NCBI GenBank assembly: GCA_034669905.1
Contig: JAXMOL010000061.1
Coordinates: forward strand, 1 to 44,018
DNA length: 44,018 nucleotides
Direction of reading: 5' to 3'
DNA from: Candidatus Hydrogenedentota bacterium
Lineage (GTDB): Bacteria; Hydrogenedentota; Hydrogenedentia; Hydrogenedentales; JAEUWI01
Shown: in pieces, positions 28,942 through 39,550 of the stretch
Numbering within the stretch: position 1 is the stretch's first letter
Layout of the letters: every line of letters begins with the position of its first letter
Position numbers and translations under genes: made by a program
Notes under the pieces: model-generated
Seen by the model: only the letters and a program-made list of their open reading frames with translations
The model's database searches: none
What the model was told of the DNA's origin: nothing

Positions 28942-29045
28942 GGTGGAATGTGCGACTCCTAACGGATTCTGTTCTCTTAATTCCCGCTCTTCGCGAAAAT
29001 TTGAAACCAGCGGGTATTATCGGGGAACTGGATCAAGATATGGAG

Positions 29046-29251
29046 CGGGCCCTCAGCCCTTTAATTCTTATACGGCACCGTTTCATGGGCCGTTGGCCCA
29101 TGCTGGTATGTTTACGGGCCTTTGGCCCTCCGGAACATCGGCGAGTGTCTCAAGGGCAGCCGTATAAGCGCCAACGGCGCGGTCACATACCAGCCCAGGC
29201 TGAAGGCCTGGGTTAGCGTGATAATCTTTTCTCCATAGGGCTGACAGCCCG
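29046..29251. repeat. Inverted REP-like doublet
   Basis: CGGGC..TCAGCCCT and GCTGGTATG on the left are mirrored by CATACCAGC and AGGGCTGACAGCCCG; internal small palindromes. Confidence 0.55.
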
Positions 29252-29310
29252 TGACATGTTTTCGCGGTACTTGAGAAAGCGAGCGGCCGTGTAACTTGAA
29301 GGTCGTCCCA

Positions 29311-29381
29311 AGCAAAAAAGCTATGGGTCTGATGGGGCCTATGAGTCATATACGGCCCATAGGCCCTATAAGACCCATAGC
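29311..29381 (-). terminator. Putative intrinsic terminator after purE
   Basis: GCTATGGGTCT...AGACCCATAGC long stem followed on the minus strand by TTTTTT. Confidence 0.5.
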
Positions 29382-29452
29382 GTTCTTACAATTGCGTTGC
29401 GTCGCCAAGCTATTCGGCGACAAGCCAATGGCCACACCCCCGCCGCCTGCTA

Positions 29453-29968
29453 TCAGTCCTTGAGGTATTCCGCCCAGCCTTTGGCCTCGAGGCGTTGGGC
29501 CTTGCCGAGCACTTCTTCATTCATCTCAGCGCGCATGACATCCAGGCGCTCACGAACGGCCTTGTCCTTAATACCCAGCATGGCGGCGGCCAGCAGGCCC
29601 GCGTTCTTCGCGCCGTTGATGGCGACGGTGGCCACGGGAATGCCCCCCGGCATCTGGACAATGGACAGCAGGCTGTCGAGTCCCTGCAGATTGGAAGAGC
29701 GCACGGGCACACCAATGACGGGCACGGAGGTCATAGCAGCGACCATCCCCGGAAGGTGGGCGGCGCCACCGGCACCGGCAATGATGACTTCAATACCCCG
29801 GAGAGCGGCCGACTCGGCGTAGTCCACCAAACGGGCCGGCGTCCGGTGGGCAGAGACGATCGTCAGCTCATAAGGAATATCGAGGGCATCCAGGGCTTCG
29901 GCGGCGGCCTTCATGACCGGCAAGTCCGAATCACTTCCCATAATAATACCGACTTCCGGTGCACTCAT
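29453..29968 (-). CDS. purE: N5-carboxyaminoimidazole ribonucleotide mutase
   Basis: [29 protein letters not shown]. Confidence 0.96.
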   Translation of the reverse strand: MSAPEVGIIMGSDSDLPVMKAAAEALDALDIPYELTIVSAHRTPARLVDYAESAALRGIEVIIAGAGGAAHLPGMVAAMTSVPVIGVPVRSSNLQGLDSLLSIVQMPGGIPVATVAINGAKNAGLLAAAMLGIKDKAVRERLDVMRAEMNEEVLGKAQRLEAKGWAEYLKD

Positions 29969-31155
29969 AGTTTGTCCGCTCCATGAAAGGTGACCAGGTC
30001 ACGCAGTTTCTCTGCTTTTTCGAGGGCCGCGTCCATGGAATCATCGACCACGGTAATGTGGCCCATCTTCCGGAAGGGGCGGCACTCGTTCTTACCGTAG
30101 ATGTGGACCGTGGCACCGGGCGTGGCCAGGGCATCGCGCATGCCTTCGATCTGGGCGGCCCCGGTGGAGCCCGGCTCACCGATGAGGTTGATCATGGTGG
30201 CGGGTGCCCAGAGCTTGGTAGAGCCCAGCGGCAGGCCCAGGATAGCCCGGATGTGCTGCTCAAACTGGCAGGTCACGCAGGCATCGAGGGTGTAGTGGCC
30301 GGAGTTGTGGGGCCGGGGCGCGACTTCGTTGATAAGCAACTCCCCTGCCTTATTCAGGAACATCTCCACCCCGAAAATACCCACCCCGTCAAAGGCCGTC
30401 ACAACGTCGGCCGCCAAGGCACGGGCCTGGTCGGCGAGGTCATCGCTGATGCGGGCGGGCACCAGCAGGAGGTCCAGCAGATTCGCCCGGGCGTCAAATT
30501 CCATCTCGGTGACCGGGTAGGTGGCAATTTCGCCGCTCGCATTACGGGCCACCATCACCGCCAGCTCCATATCGATATCGACCAGCTTCTCGAATATTGA
30601 GGGACAATGGAGAATGCTGTCCACGTCGTCCTTCGAGCGAATAACCGAAACGCCCTTGCCGTCGTAGCCGCCCTTACGCGCCTTCTGCACGAGGGGAAAG
30701 CCGAAGGCTTCGGCATCGGCCATGGTCGGTTCGTCCACCGCTACGAAAGGCGAAGTGGGAATGTCATGGGCGACCAGGTGCTCTTTCTGGAGCAGCTTAT
30801 CCTGGATGACGGCCAACAGCGCGGGCCGGGGAAATATTACGTTCCCCTCTGCCTCCAGGGTCGCCAGAATTTCCGCGTCGATATGCTCAATGTCGTAGGT
30901 GGTGACATCGCAGGCCTCGACCACTTCGCGGATTTTCTCCGCATCGTCGAAACGCCCCACGGTCTGATAGGTGGCTACCATACCCGCAGGCGATTGCGGA
31001 TAGGGGTCCAGCACGTGGACTTCACAGCCCAGTTGCTTGGCCTTTTTGGTCATCATGCGGCCCAATTGGCCACCACCGATAATACCTACACGGGCCAATG
31101 GCCCCGCAGGCATGAGACGGGCATCGCCCGAGGTATTTGAGGTAGAAGACGTCAT
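29965..31155 (-). CDS. purK: N5-carboxyaminoimidazole ribonucleotide synthase
   Basis: [31 protein letters not shown]; overlaps purE. Confidence 0.95.
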   Translation of the reverse strand: MTSSTSNTSGDARLMPAGPLARVGIIGGGQLGRMMTKKAKQLGCEVHVLDPYPQSPAGMVATYQTVGRFDDAEKIREVVEACDVTTYDIEHIDAEILATLEAEGNVIFPRPALLAVIQDKLLQKEHLVAHDIPTSPFVAVDEPTMADAEAFGFPLVQKARKGGYDGKGVSVIRSKDDVDSILHCPSIFEKLVDIDMELAVMVARNASGEIATYPVTEMEFDARANLLDLLLVPARISDDLADQARALAADVVTAFDGVGIFGVEMFLNKAGELLINEVAPRPHNSGHYTLDACVTCQFEQHIRAILGLPLGSTKLWAPATMINLIGEPGSTGAAQIEGMRDALATPGATVHIYGKNECRPFRKMGHITVVDDSMDAALEKAEKLRDLVTFHGADKL

Positions 31156-31411
31156 AAATCCACTCGTAAGAATCAGAAAAGAAGGGCACCTTGTGCCAAG
31201 AGGAAAGGGTAATTCTAGCGATGGAAGGGCATTTATTCAAGCCAAAGCCCCCAGAAAATCTCGAATCGGCCCAGGATAGGGTGGCGTGTTCGCCCACGGG
31301 GAGCCACACACACCGATTCATCCCCTTGACCTCCATGTACCTTCTTTGTTGTACTAGGGTTACGTGCCAATGTTTCATTGGGCTGGCCCCCCAGGATATT
31401 GCCGAGGTATT

Positions 31412-33838
31412 ATGAACCCTGTCTTCTACCCATTCTTCCCCTATGCGACCGGCCTCTTACTGCTCGTCGCGACCGTGGGCACTGCGACCGCCGAGCCCAT
31501 GCCCGATCGCGTGGAGTTCAACCGCCATATCCGGCCTATCCTCTCCAACAACTGCTTTTTCTGTCACGGCCCCGATTCGAAGACCCAGGAAGCCGACCTC
31601 CGGCTCGACCAGCGGATACACGCCATCGCGGAGCACGACGGCACGGCGGCTATCGTGCCCGGAAATCCCGACGCGAGCGCCCTTATCCAACGCATTCTCT
31701 CGGAAGATCCCAACACGCAAATGCCCCCGCCCGAATCCAATCGCAGCCTGACGGCCCATGAAAAGGCGTTGCTGCAAGCCTGGGTGGCGCAGGGGGTGGA
31801 ATACCAGGCCCATTGGGCCTATCTCCCGCCGCAACACACCGCGCCCACCTCGAGCGACGCCGAATGGGTAGCCAACCCCGTTGATGCCTATGTGCTCGAC
31901 AACCTGAACCGCCAGGGCCTGACGCCCGCAGATCCTGCGGACCGGGTCACGTTAATCCGGCGGCTCAGCTTCGACCTGATTGGCCTCCCACCGACCCCGG
32001 CGGAAGTGGCCGATTTCCTGGGCGATACCCGTGAGAATGCCTATGAGCAACTCGTCGACCGCCTCCTGGCCTCGCCCCATTTTGGCGAACGGCTGGCCAT
32101 CTATTGGCTGGACCTGGTGCGTTACGCCGACACGGTGGGTTACCACGGGGATCAGGTGCGGGGGGTGGCGCCCTACCGCGACTACGTTATCGCCGCCTTC
32201 AACGACAACATGCCCTTCGACCAATTCACGCGCGAGCAGTTGGCCGGCGACCTGCTGGAATCCCCCACGCAGGAGCAACGTATCGCCACGGCCTACAACC
32301 GCCTGAACATGGTCACCCGGGAGGGCGGTGCCCAGGACAAGGACTATCTCATCCGCTATGCGGCGGACCGGACGCGCACGACGGCGTCGGTCTGGCTGGG
32401 CTCTTCCCTTGGTTGCGCCCAGTGTCATGATCATAAGTTTGACCCGTTCACCTTGAAAGACTTTTACCGTTTCAGCGCCTTCTTCGCCGACATCAACGAG
32501 AAGGGCGTCCAAAGTGAAGGTGGAAATGAGGGCCCCTTCCCGCCCTACCTCCGCTTCCCGACGGAAGAGCAAGCCCAGCAGTTCGCGGCCATCGAAGTCG
32601 ACAAAGCGCGCATTAACACCCAGCTCGCCGCATTGGCCAATGGCACCCCCGCCCCTTCCAGCGAAGGCGAGTCGAGCCCCCCTGATCCCGACGCACTGAA
32701 GAAAGAACTCCGAAAGCTGACCCAGGCCCAGTTCCGCCTGGACCAGGAAACCTACCACGTGGTCGTGACAGAAACCATGGCGCCCCAAGTGACCCGCGTC
32801 CTCCCCCGGGGCAACTGGATGGATGAGTCGGGCGAGATTGTGGGCCCTGCGGTTCCAGAATTCCTCGGTGGATTGTGGATGAACGGCGACCGGCCCACCC
32901 GCCTCGATCTGGCGGCCTGGATTACCGACCCTAAGAACCCGCTCACGGCCCGCACCTTTGTAAACCGCCTCTGGAAACTCTATTTCGGCACGGGCATATC
33001 CAAGGTGCTGGACGACCTGGGCTCTCAGGGCGAATGGCCGACCCACCCTGAGCTGCTCGACCACCTCGCGCTGGAATTCGTGGAGAGTGGCTGGGACATC
33101 AAGCATATGGTGAAGCACCTCGTAATGAGCAACACCTATCGCCAGTCTTCCATGGCTTCCCCCACGCTGAAAGAGCGGGACCCCTACAACCGCTGTCTCG
33201 CCCGTCAGTCCCGCTTTCGTCTGGAAGCCGAACTCGTGCGCGATAACGCCCTCCGGGTAAGTGGTCTGCTCTCCACCGCCATGGGGGGCCCGAGCGCCAA
33301 GCCCTACCAGCCCGCAGGGTACTATCGGGAATTGAACTTCCCCACCCGGGAGTACGAACCGGACACGGGAGAAAACCTCTACCGGCGGGGTGTCTACACC
33401 CACTGGCAACGGACCTTCCTCCATCCCAGCCTCATCGCCTTTGATGCGCCTACACGGGAAGAGTGCACGGCAGAGCGGCCCATCTCGAATTCCCCCTTGC
33501 AGGCACTCGTCTTGCTGAACGACCCGAGTTTCGTGGAAGCCGCACGGGTCTTTGCCCAGCGGATCTTGGAGGAGGGCGGAACAACCGATGACGAACGCAT
33601 CGACTTCGCCTATCGGGAGGCCCTCTCCCGGGCACCCCTGACGTCGGAACGGGAGATCATGCAGTCGCTGGTGGATAGTAATCGGGCCCGCTTCGCAGAC
33701 TCCCCGGAAGATGCCGCCGCCTTTGTGGATGTCGGAGAATCCCCCGTTCCCGAATCGGTCGACACGGTGCAACTGGCCGCCTGGAGCGCCGTGACCCGTG
33801 CCCTGTTTAACACCCACGAAATGATTTATCGCTACTGA
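31412..33838 (+). CDS. Planctomycete-type cytochrome c + DUF1549 + DUF1553 (PSD1) protein
   Basis: CFFCHG, WLDLVRYADT, CAQCHDHKFDP, NPLTARTFVNR, HPELLD, LQALVLLND. Confidence 0.9.
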   Translation: MNPVFYPFFPYATGLLLLVATVGTATAEPMPDRVEFNRHIRPILSNNCFFCHGPDSKTQEADLRLDQRIHAIAEHDGTAAIVPGNPDASALIQRILSEDPNTQMPPPESNRSLTAHEKALLQAWVAQGVEYQAHWAYLPPQHTAPTSSDAEWVANPVDAYVLDNLNRQGLTPADPADRVTLIRRLSFDLIGLPPTPAEVADFLGDTRENAYEQLVDRLLASPHFGERLAIYWLDLVRYADTVGYHGDQVRGVAPYRDYVIAAFNDNMPFDQFTREQLAGDLLESPTQEQRIATAYNRLNMVTREGGAQDKDYLIRYAADRTRTTASVWLGSSLGCAQCHDHKFDPFTLKDFYRFSAFFADINEKGVQSEGGNEGPFPPYLRFPTEEQAQQFAAIEVDKARINTQLAALANGTPAPSSEGESSPPDPDALKKELRKLTQAQFRLDQETYHVVVTETMAPQVTRVLPRGNWMDESGEIVGPAVPEFLGGLWMNGDRPTRLDLAAWITDPKNPLTARTFVNRLWKLYFGTGISKVLDDLGSQGEWPTHPELLDHLALEFVESGWDIKHMVKHLVMSNTYRQSSMASPTLKERDPYNRCLARQSRFRLEAELVRDNALRVSGLLSTAMGGPSAKPYQPAGYYRELNFPTREYEPDTGENLYRRGVYTHWQRTFLHPSLIAFDAPTREECTAERPISNSPLQALVLLNDPSFVEAARVFAQRILEEGGTTDDERIDFAYREALSRAPLTSEREIMQSLVDSNRARFADSPEDAAAFVDVGESPVPESVDTVQLAAWSAVTRALFNTHEMIYRY

Positions 33839-33893
33839 TGCGGGTGGCCAGACGACCCGCCTGCGTTGCCATACGTTTTGAGGAACGAAGCCC

Positions 33894-35330
33894 ATGGACC
33901 CTATCAATAAGTACCTGCTCCAACAGACCCGCCGCCAATTTCTGGGTAACAGCGCCCGGGGTATTGGCTCCATGGCCCTGGCCTCCTTGTTGGGGACGGG
34001 TCAGGCCAACGCCGCAGCACCGGACACCTGGAAGGGCATCACCAACCCGACCCACGGCCTGCCCAAGGCGAAGCGGGTGATCTATCTCTATATGGCGGGC
34101 GGCCCTTCCCACTTGGAGACCTTCGACTATAAACCGGAATTGGCACGCCTCGACGGCAAACCGATGCCCACGTCCTTCACCCAGGGGGAGCAACTGGCCC
34201 AGCTCCAGGGGCAGGCCCTCACCTGTATGGGCTCTCAGTTTGAGTTTGGACGGCACGGTCAGTCGGGACAGGAGATCTCCTCCGTACTCCCCCACACCGC
34301 CTCCATCGCCGATGATATCTGCATCATCCGCTCTATGCGCACCGACCAGATCAACCATGACCCGGCCCACACCTTGATGAACACGGGCACCGCCATCTCG
34401 GGTCGGCCCAGCATGGGGTCCTGGTTGCTCTATGGCCTGGGCAGTGAGTGCGAAAACCTGCCCGGCTTTGTGGTTCTCACCTCCAAAGGTGGACGCAATC
34501 CCCAGCCCCTGGCCTCACGGCAGTGGCACAGCGGTTTCCTCCCCAGTAAATTCCAAGGGGTGCCCTTTCAATCGGTTGGCGACCCGGTCCACTATGTGAG
34601 TAGTCCCCCCGGAATCGACCCGGCCCAGCAGCGCAAACTGGTAGATGCTGTGCAAGCCCTGAACGGGATTCACAACGAGACCGTCGAAGAAGCCGAAATC
34701 GCCACCCGCATCAGCCAATATGAAATGGCCTTTCGGATGCAGACGAGCGTGCCCGATCTGGTTGACATTTCGGACGAGCCGAAACACATCCTCGATATGT
34801 ATGGCACGGAAGGGGCCGACGGCTCCTTCGCCTTCAACTGCCTGCTGGCCCGCCGCATGGCCGAACGGGGCACCCGATTCATCCAGCTCTATCACCGCGG
34901 CTGGGACCACCACAACGACTTGAAAAATTTTATGGAGACCTGTTCCAGCCACGTGGACCAAGCCACGGCGGCTTTGGTCACGGACCTGAAACAACGGGGC
35001 ATGCTCGAGGATACCCTCATTGTCTGGGGCGGCGAGTTTGGACGCACGCCCATGATTCAAGGCAACAAAGGCGGACCCGGCCGGGACCACCACGTCAATG
35101 GCTTCTCCATCTGGATGGCCGGTGGCGGTATCAAGCCCGGCATGACCTATGGCGCGACAGACGACCTCGGCTATAACGCGGTGGAGAACGTGGTTTCCGT
35201 GCACGACTTCCACGCGACCATGCTCCATCAACTGGGCATCGACCACAAGAAGTTAACCTTCCGCTTTCAGGGACGGGATTTCCGTCTGACCGATGTGCAC
35301 GGGAATGTGGTGAAGGATATTTTGGTATAG
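33894..35330 (+). CDS. DUF1501 domain protein (Tat-like signal)
   Basis: TRRQFL, GGPSHLETFD, WDHH, GEFGRTP, GRDH, GRDFRLTDVHG. Confidence 0.9.
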   Translation: MDPINKYLLQQTRRQFLGNSARGIGSMALASLLGTGQANAAAPDTWKGITNPTHGLPKAKRVIYLYMAGGPSHLETFDYKPELARLDGKPMPTSFTQGEQLAQLQGQALTCMGSQFEFGRHGQSGQEISSVLPHTASIADDICIIRSMRTDQINHDPAHTLMNTGTAISGRPSMGSWLLYGLGSECENLPGFVVLTSKGGRNPQPLASRQWHSGFLPSKFQGVPFQSVGDPVHYVSSPPGIDPAQQRKLVDAVQALNGIHNETVEEAEIATRISQYEMAFRMQTSVPDLVDISDEPKHILDMYGTEGADGSFAFNCLLARRMAERGTRFIQLYHRGWDHHNDLKNFMETCSSHVDQATAALVTDLKQRGMLEDTLIVWGGEFGRTPMIQGNKGGPGRDHHVNGFSIWMAGGGIKPGMTYGATDDLGYNAVENVVSVHDFHATMLHQLGIDHKKLTFRFQGRDFRLTDVHGNVVKDILV

Positions 35331-35388
35331 CGACAAATAAAAACTACAACCGCGCTCCAACAAGGAGGACTCCGTATTTTCCACAGAT

Positions 35389-35570
35389 GCCAAAGTGGGT
35401 TAGGCATCTTGCCTGACACGGCGCGCGCCCATGCGCTCAAGGTGACTGTCGGCCTGTGAAAAACACCCACGATCTAGACTTAAATTGTCTCCGCTACCGA
35501 GGAGATCTGAGGTTCACATCGTTGTATCGAGCGCACGCTATGTCAGCCTGGAAGGCTAACCCACTTTGGC
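35389..35570. repeat. REP-like imperfect inverted repeat
   Basis: GCCAAAGTGGGTTAG..CTGACA (35389-35418) vs TGTCAG..CTAACCCACTTTGGC (35541-35570). Confidence 0.65.
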
Positions 35571-35668
35571 GCACGTCATTACCGTCGATGCAGCTCAGAT
35601 CTGACGCGTATCGATTGAGACCTAATCCTCGAATCGAATTGGACTTGGGCTCGATAGGGAGAGTTGCT

Positions 35669-36208
35669 ATGTCAACACGAATCACCTTTATCTTCACACT
35701 GATCCTCCCGCTCTTCGCCTCCGCCGCCACGTTGAACATTGCGGTCACGCCCACCGACCGCACCACCCCGCTCCCCTGCCGCGTCCACCTCGAAAACAGC
35801 GCGGGCGAGGCCATACTCCCCGAGGGTTACCCCGCCTTCAAGACCCACTTCACCTGCGAAGGCAACGCCACTCTCACCCTTCCGCCGGGCTCCTACACCT
35901 ACGCCCTCGAAAAGGGCCCCGAATTCACGCGGGCTACGGGCACAGTGAAAATCGGTGACAACGCCCCGGAAACCATCGCCGCATCGTTGCAGCGCATCGC
36001 CCACATGGCCGCCGAAGGATGGTGGTCCGGCGATCTCCATGTCCATCGTCCGCCGGAGGACATGGAAGTGCTCATGCGGGCAGAGGACCTTCACATCGCG
36101 CCCGTCATCACGTGGTGGAACAAGAAAAATCGGTGGCAAGGAAAGCCCCGTGCTATCGACCACTATTGTGACCGCATTCCAGTTCGACGCCGCCTTGCAA
36201 CACGGTGA
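35669..36208 (+). pseudogene. Probably truncated CehA/McbA-like (PHP-type) metallohydrolase
   Basis: Signal peptide, EKGPE, GWWSGDLHVHR, AEDL, then the frame runs into the opposite-strand ORF at ~36150 and stops at ~180 aa. Confidence 0.6.
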
Positions 36209-36416
36209 ACACGTCCGTCTCCTCGCACCACACCGCAGTATCACCGTTCGACTCGGCCACGATAAACCATGGCATTTCATCGGTATCCGATTCGGCGACC
36301 ACTTCCAACTCTTCACCGGGGAGTAGCGTATAATCGTTACCCCACGGCTCAACCGCTACCAATCGGGAACGCTTGCTACGCGAATCATTTGCGATGACAA
36401 TTCTCGTCTTGGACAT
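36153..36416 (-). CDS. Small acidic hypothetical protein
   Basis: 87 aa, AAGGAG RBS, VEPWGNDYTL. Confidence 0.6.
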   Translation of the reverse strand: MSKTRIVIANDSRSKRSRLVAVEPWGNDYTLLPGEELEVVAESDTDEMPWFIVAESNGDTAVWCEETDVFTVLQGGVELECGHNSGR

Positions 36417-36645
36417 GCCGAACTCCTTGCCTATCTTATGAACGGACACCCAGAACTGAACGAACCGTACGGGCGACTGACGTTATGCTAAATCCCCGCC
36501 TGTATGCGCACCCCATACATGCCAACCCCATCACACAAAAAAAAGAAAGCCGCACGGATCCACTTCTAGCATGAACATCGATCCTCGCTTTTGAGACGTT
36601 ACTTCATATTCAATCCCTGCGTCCCCTCGCGTCTCGCCGCTTTCC

Positions 36646-38076
36646 CTACGCAATAATATCGTGTACCACATTCCCGTGGACATCGGTCAACCGGAAATCG
36701 CGGCCCGCGTATTTGTAGGTCAGGGCCTCGTGGTCGAAGCCGAGCAAGTGCAATATCGTGGCGTGCAAATCGTGCACATGGACCGGCTTCTCCACGGCCT
36801 GATAGCCAAACTCGTCCGTAGCGCCATGTATGTGGCCGCCCTTGACCCCACCGCCCGCCATCCACACGGTGAAACCCGCGCTGTTATGGTCGCGCCCTTT
36901 GGGCTTGTTCCCTTTGAGGTCGGGGTTTTGCATGTCTACCGTGGGGGTCCGGCCGAATTCACCGGCGCACAGCACCAACGTATCTTCCAGCATGCCCCGT
37001 TGCTTCAGGTCGGTCAACAACGCCGCGATGCCCTGGTCGCATTGACCCGCGAGACGCTTGTGGGAGTCGACAATGTCGTCGTGGCTGTCCCATGGCTGCC
37101 CGGGACCGTGCCACAGCTGCACAAAGCGCACGCCGCGCTCCAAGAGACGACGGGTAATAAGACATTGACGGGCCTGCACACTGCTGCCGTAGAGTTCCCG
37201 GATATACTCCGGCTCCTTGCTGATATCGAAAGCATCGGTGGCGTCCAGCTGCATCCGATAGGCCAGCTCAAAGGACTGGATGCGCGCCTCCATGTCGGCG
37301 TCTCGCTGGTGGGCCGCCTGGTGCATGGCATTGAGTTCACTCAAGAGATCAAGCTGTCGCCGCTGTCCCTTGGAGGTCACGTAGTGGTTCTGGATGTTCT
37401 CAATGAGCTTTTCGACTTCCGTGTGCTGAGAATCGATGTAGCTGCCCTGATAGTTGCCGGGCAGGAATCCGGATTGCCAGTTTTGCGCCTCGGCAATGGG
37501 GTAGCCCCCGGGGCACATGGTGATGAAGCCGGGCAGATTCTGATTCTCCGTGCCAAGCCCGTAAGTGACCCAAGACCCCACACTGGGACGGGGCAGTCGG
37601 GCGCTACCGCAATTCATGAGCAGGAGCGATGCGCCGTGTACGGGGGTATCGGTATACATGGAGCGCACGATACACATGTCATCCACGCACTGGGCCGTCT
37701 TGGGAAACAGATTGCTGACAGGGATGCCGCTTTCGCCGTGGCGCGAGAATTCGAACTCTGAGGCCAGGGCTACACCGGGAGGGGCTCCGGTTCCCAACTC
37801 GTCGATGGGCAGTTCCTTCCCGGCATTTTTCGTGAGCGAAGGTTTGGGGTCGAAAGTATCCACGTGCGACATGCCGCCGTTGAAGAAAATGTGAATGACC
37901 CGCTTGGCCTTACCGGGAAAGTGGGACTGAAGAGGGGCCATGGGGCCCGGTGCAGCGATGGCTGCGGGGGAGCCTGCGGTCAGGGCGAGACCGAGTGCGC
38001 CGAAACCCATGCCCGAACGCTGAAGAAAGTCCCTACGATTCAGAATGAAATCGTTAACCGTGCGTTCATGACTCAT
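36646..38076 (-). CDS. DUF1501 domain protein (Tat-like signal)
   Basis: NRRDFL, GGMSHVDTFDPK, WDSH, GEFGRTP, GRDH. Confidence 0.9.
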   Translation of the reverse strand: MSHERTVNDFILNRRDFLQRSGMGFGALGLALTAGSPAAIAAPGPMAPLQSHFPGKAKRVIHIFFNGGMSHVDTFDPKPSLTKNAGKELPIDELGTGAPPGVALASEFEFSRHGESGIPVSNLFPKTAQCVDDMCIVRSMYTDTPVHGASLLLMNCGSARLPRPSVGSWVTYGLGTENQNLPGFITMCPGGYPIAEAQNWQSGFLPGNYQGSYIDSQHTEVEKLIENIQNHYVTSKGQRRQLDLLSELNAMHQAAHQRDADMEARIQSFELAYRMQLDATDAFDISKEPEYIRELYGSSVQARQCLITRRLLERGVRFVQLWHGPGQPWDSHDDIVDSHKRLAGQCDQGIAALLTDLKQRGMLEDTLVLCAGEFGRTPTVDMQNPDLKGNKPKGRDHNSAGFTVWMAGGGVKGGHIHGATDEFGYQAVEKPVHVHDLHATILHLLGFDHEALTYKYAGRDFRLTDVHGNVVHDIIA

Positions 38077-38129
38077 AGCTCTCTCCAGATTTTCATGCGA
38101 CGCGACTATAGACCCTGAGTTTTGATTTC

Positions 38130-38327
38130 TTTAACCACGAATGGACACGAATTAACACGAATTTGAACGACTCAGCAACACGCAGAATCAGGAGATATCG
38201 TCCGACGGCTACCAATTCCTCTCAGGTCTGAATTAGAAACTAACTTTCATACTCACCGACCCTACACCTTCGCAAGTCTCACTGCAATTTCTTCATTCGT
38301 GTTTATTCGTGTCCATTCGTGGTTAAA
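38130..38327. repeat. MITE-like unit 1 with ~33-bp terminal inverted repeats
   Basis: TTTAACCACGAATGGACACGAATTAACACGAAT ... ATTCGTGTTTATTCGTGTCCATTCGTGGTTAAA. Confidence 0.85.
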
Positions 38328-38347
38328 CTCTTTCTAACACCTCACCG

Positions 38348-38767
38348 TCACAGCACCAAACGTTCCCATTCCAAAGCAGGCTTCCGAAAATTTATGATAA
38401 CACCAACCTTGGCACCCGTAACTTTCAAATAATTCAAAATCTGACCACGTTCCCGGTCCGTAATCCGCTCTATCACCTTGGCATCGATGACCACATCGCC
38501 ATAAGCAACCAGGTCGGGAATGTAGGTGCCAACGGAAACGCCTTTGTAGTTAATTGCAAACTCGGGTTGCTGCGAAAACGGGATACCCCGTAGGCCAAAC
38601 TCCACCGCCACTGCATTCTCATAAGGTTTTTCATGAAACCCATGTCCAATTTCATTGACCACCTCCATCGCGCAGCCGACTATCTCATAGACCTCTTTGC
38701 CACGTATTATTCCTCCCCTGCCCATTCTGCGGAACGCCCTCCCTGTTTCGTCTAATAAAACTTCCAT
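38348..38767 (-). CDS. GxxExxY protein (PD-(D/E)xK-like fold), copy 1
   Basis: GFHEKPY, PDL..VVIDAK, QILNYLK, INF. Confidence 0.88.
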   Translation of the reverse strand: MEVLLDETGRAFRRMGRGGIIRGKEVYEIVGCAMEVVNEIGHGFHEKPYENAVAVEFGLRGIPFSQQPEFAINYKGVSVGTYIPDLVAYGDVVIDAKVIERITDRERGQILNYLKVTGAKVGVIINFRKPALEWERLVL

Positions 38768-38787
38768 GATTCCTGGATGAAAACTTG

Positions 38788-38989
38788 TTTAACCACGAAT
38801 GGACACGAACTAACACGAATTCGAATGACTCTCCGACAGTCGGAACCAGTTCAAGTACTTCTACCCAGATCATATTTTTTTCAAAAGGCCGAAAATAACA
38901 AGCAACCGAAATCTCGCCAATCTGACGCCTTCGCAAGTCTCGCTGTTCTTCCTTTTATTCGTGTTTATTCGTGTCCATTCGTGGTTAAA
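38788..38989. repeat. MITE-like unit 2
   Basis: Same inverted repeats as unit 1. Confidence 0.85.
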
Positions 38990-39110
38990 ATCTTTCTACA
39001 ATCCTGACTTCCCTGCTCATTTCACCTCATTTGAACTTCCCAGCTTCACCGGGCTGCGTTTGCCACGAACGATTCGCCTACATGAGATGACTTGACGCAC
39101 GCTTGTTCCT

Positions 39111-39530
39111 TCACAGCACCAAACGCTCCCATTCCAAGGCAGGCTTCTGAAAGTTTATGATAACACCAACCTTGGCACCGGTGACTTTAAGATAATTTAA
39201 AATTTGTCCACGCTCCCGGTCGGTGATCTGCTCTATTACCTTGGCGTCGATGACGACATCCTCATAGGCAACCAGGTCGGGGATGTAGGTGCCAACGGAA
39301 ACGCCTTTGTAGTTAATTGCAAACTCGGGTTGCTGCGAAAACGGGATACCCCGTAGGCCAAACTCCACCGCCAATGCATTCTCATATGGTTTTTCATGAA
39401 ACCCATGTCCAATTTCATTGACCACCTCCATCGCGCAGCCGACTATCTCATAGACCTCTTTGCCACGTATTATCCCTCCCCTGCCCATTCTGCGGAACGC
39501 CCTCCCTGTTTCGTCTAACAGAACTTCCAT
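39111..39530 (-). CDS. GxxExxY protein, copy 2
   Basis: Near-identical paralog of 38348-38767 (4 aa differences in the ORF track). Confidence 0.88.
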   Translation of the reverse strand: MEVLLDETGRAFRRMGRGGIIRGKEVYEIVGCAMEVVNEIGHGFHEKPYENALAVEFGLRGIPFSQQPEFAINYKGVSVGTYIPDLVAYEDVVIDAKVIEQITDRERGQILNYLKVTGAKVGVIINFQKPALEWERLVL

Positions 39531-39550
39531 GAGTCCTGGATTAAAACTTG

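Noticed and set aside
29342..29390. Reverse-strand half sites TGAGTCAT and TTCTTACA
   Set aside because: Spacing is 33 nt rather than 13-14, and the sites lie in a terminator-like hairpin
31261..31320. Possible ZTP riboswitch near purK (CCACGGGGAGC)
   Set aside because: Wrong strand for purK and lacks the other conserved elements; more like a small palindrome
31952..33973. Long antisense ORFs (also 35-1036, 36661-37761, 40595-42007)
   Set aside because: Opposite-strand shadows of well-supported GC-rich genes, with no recognisable motifs
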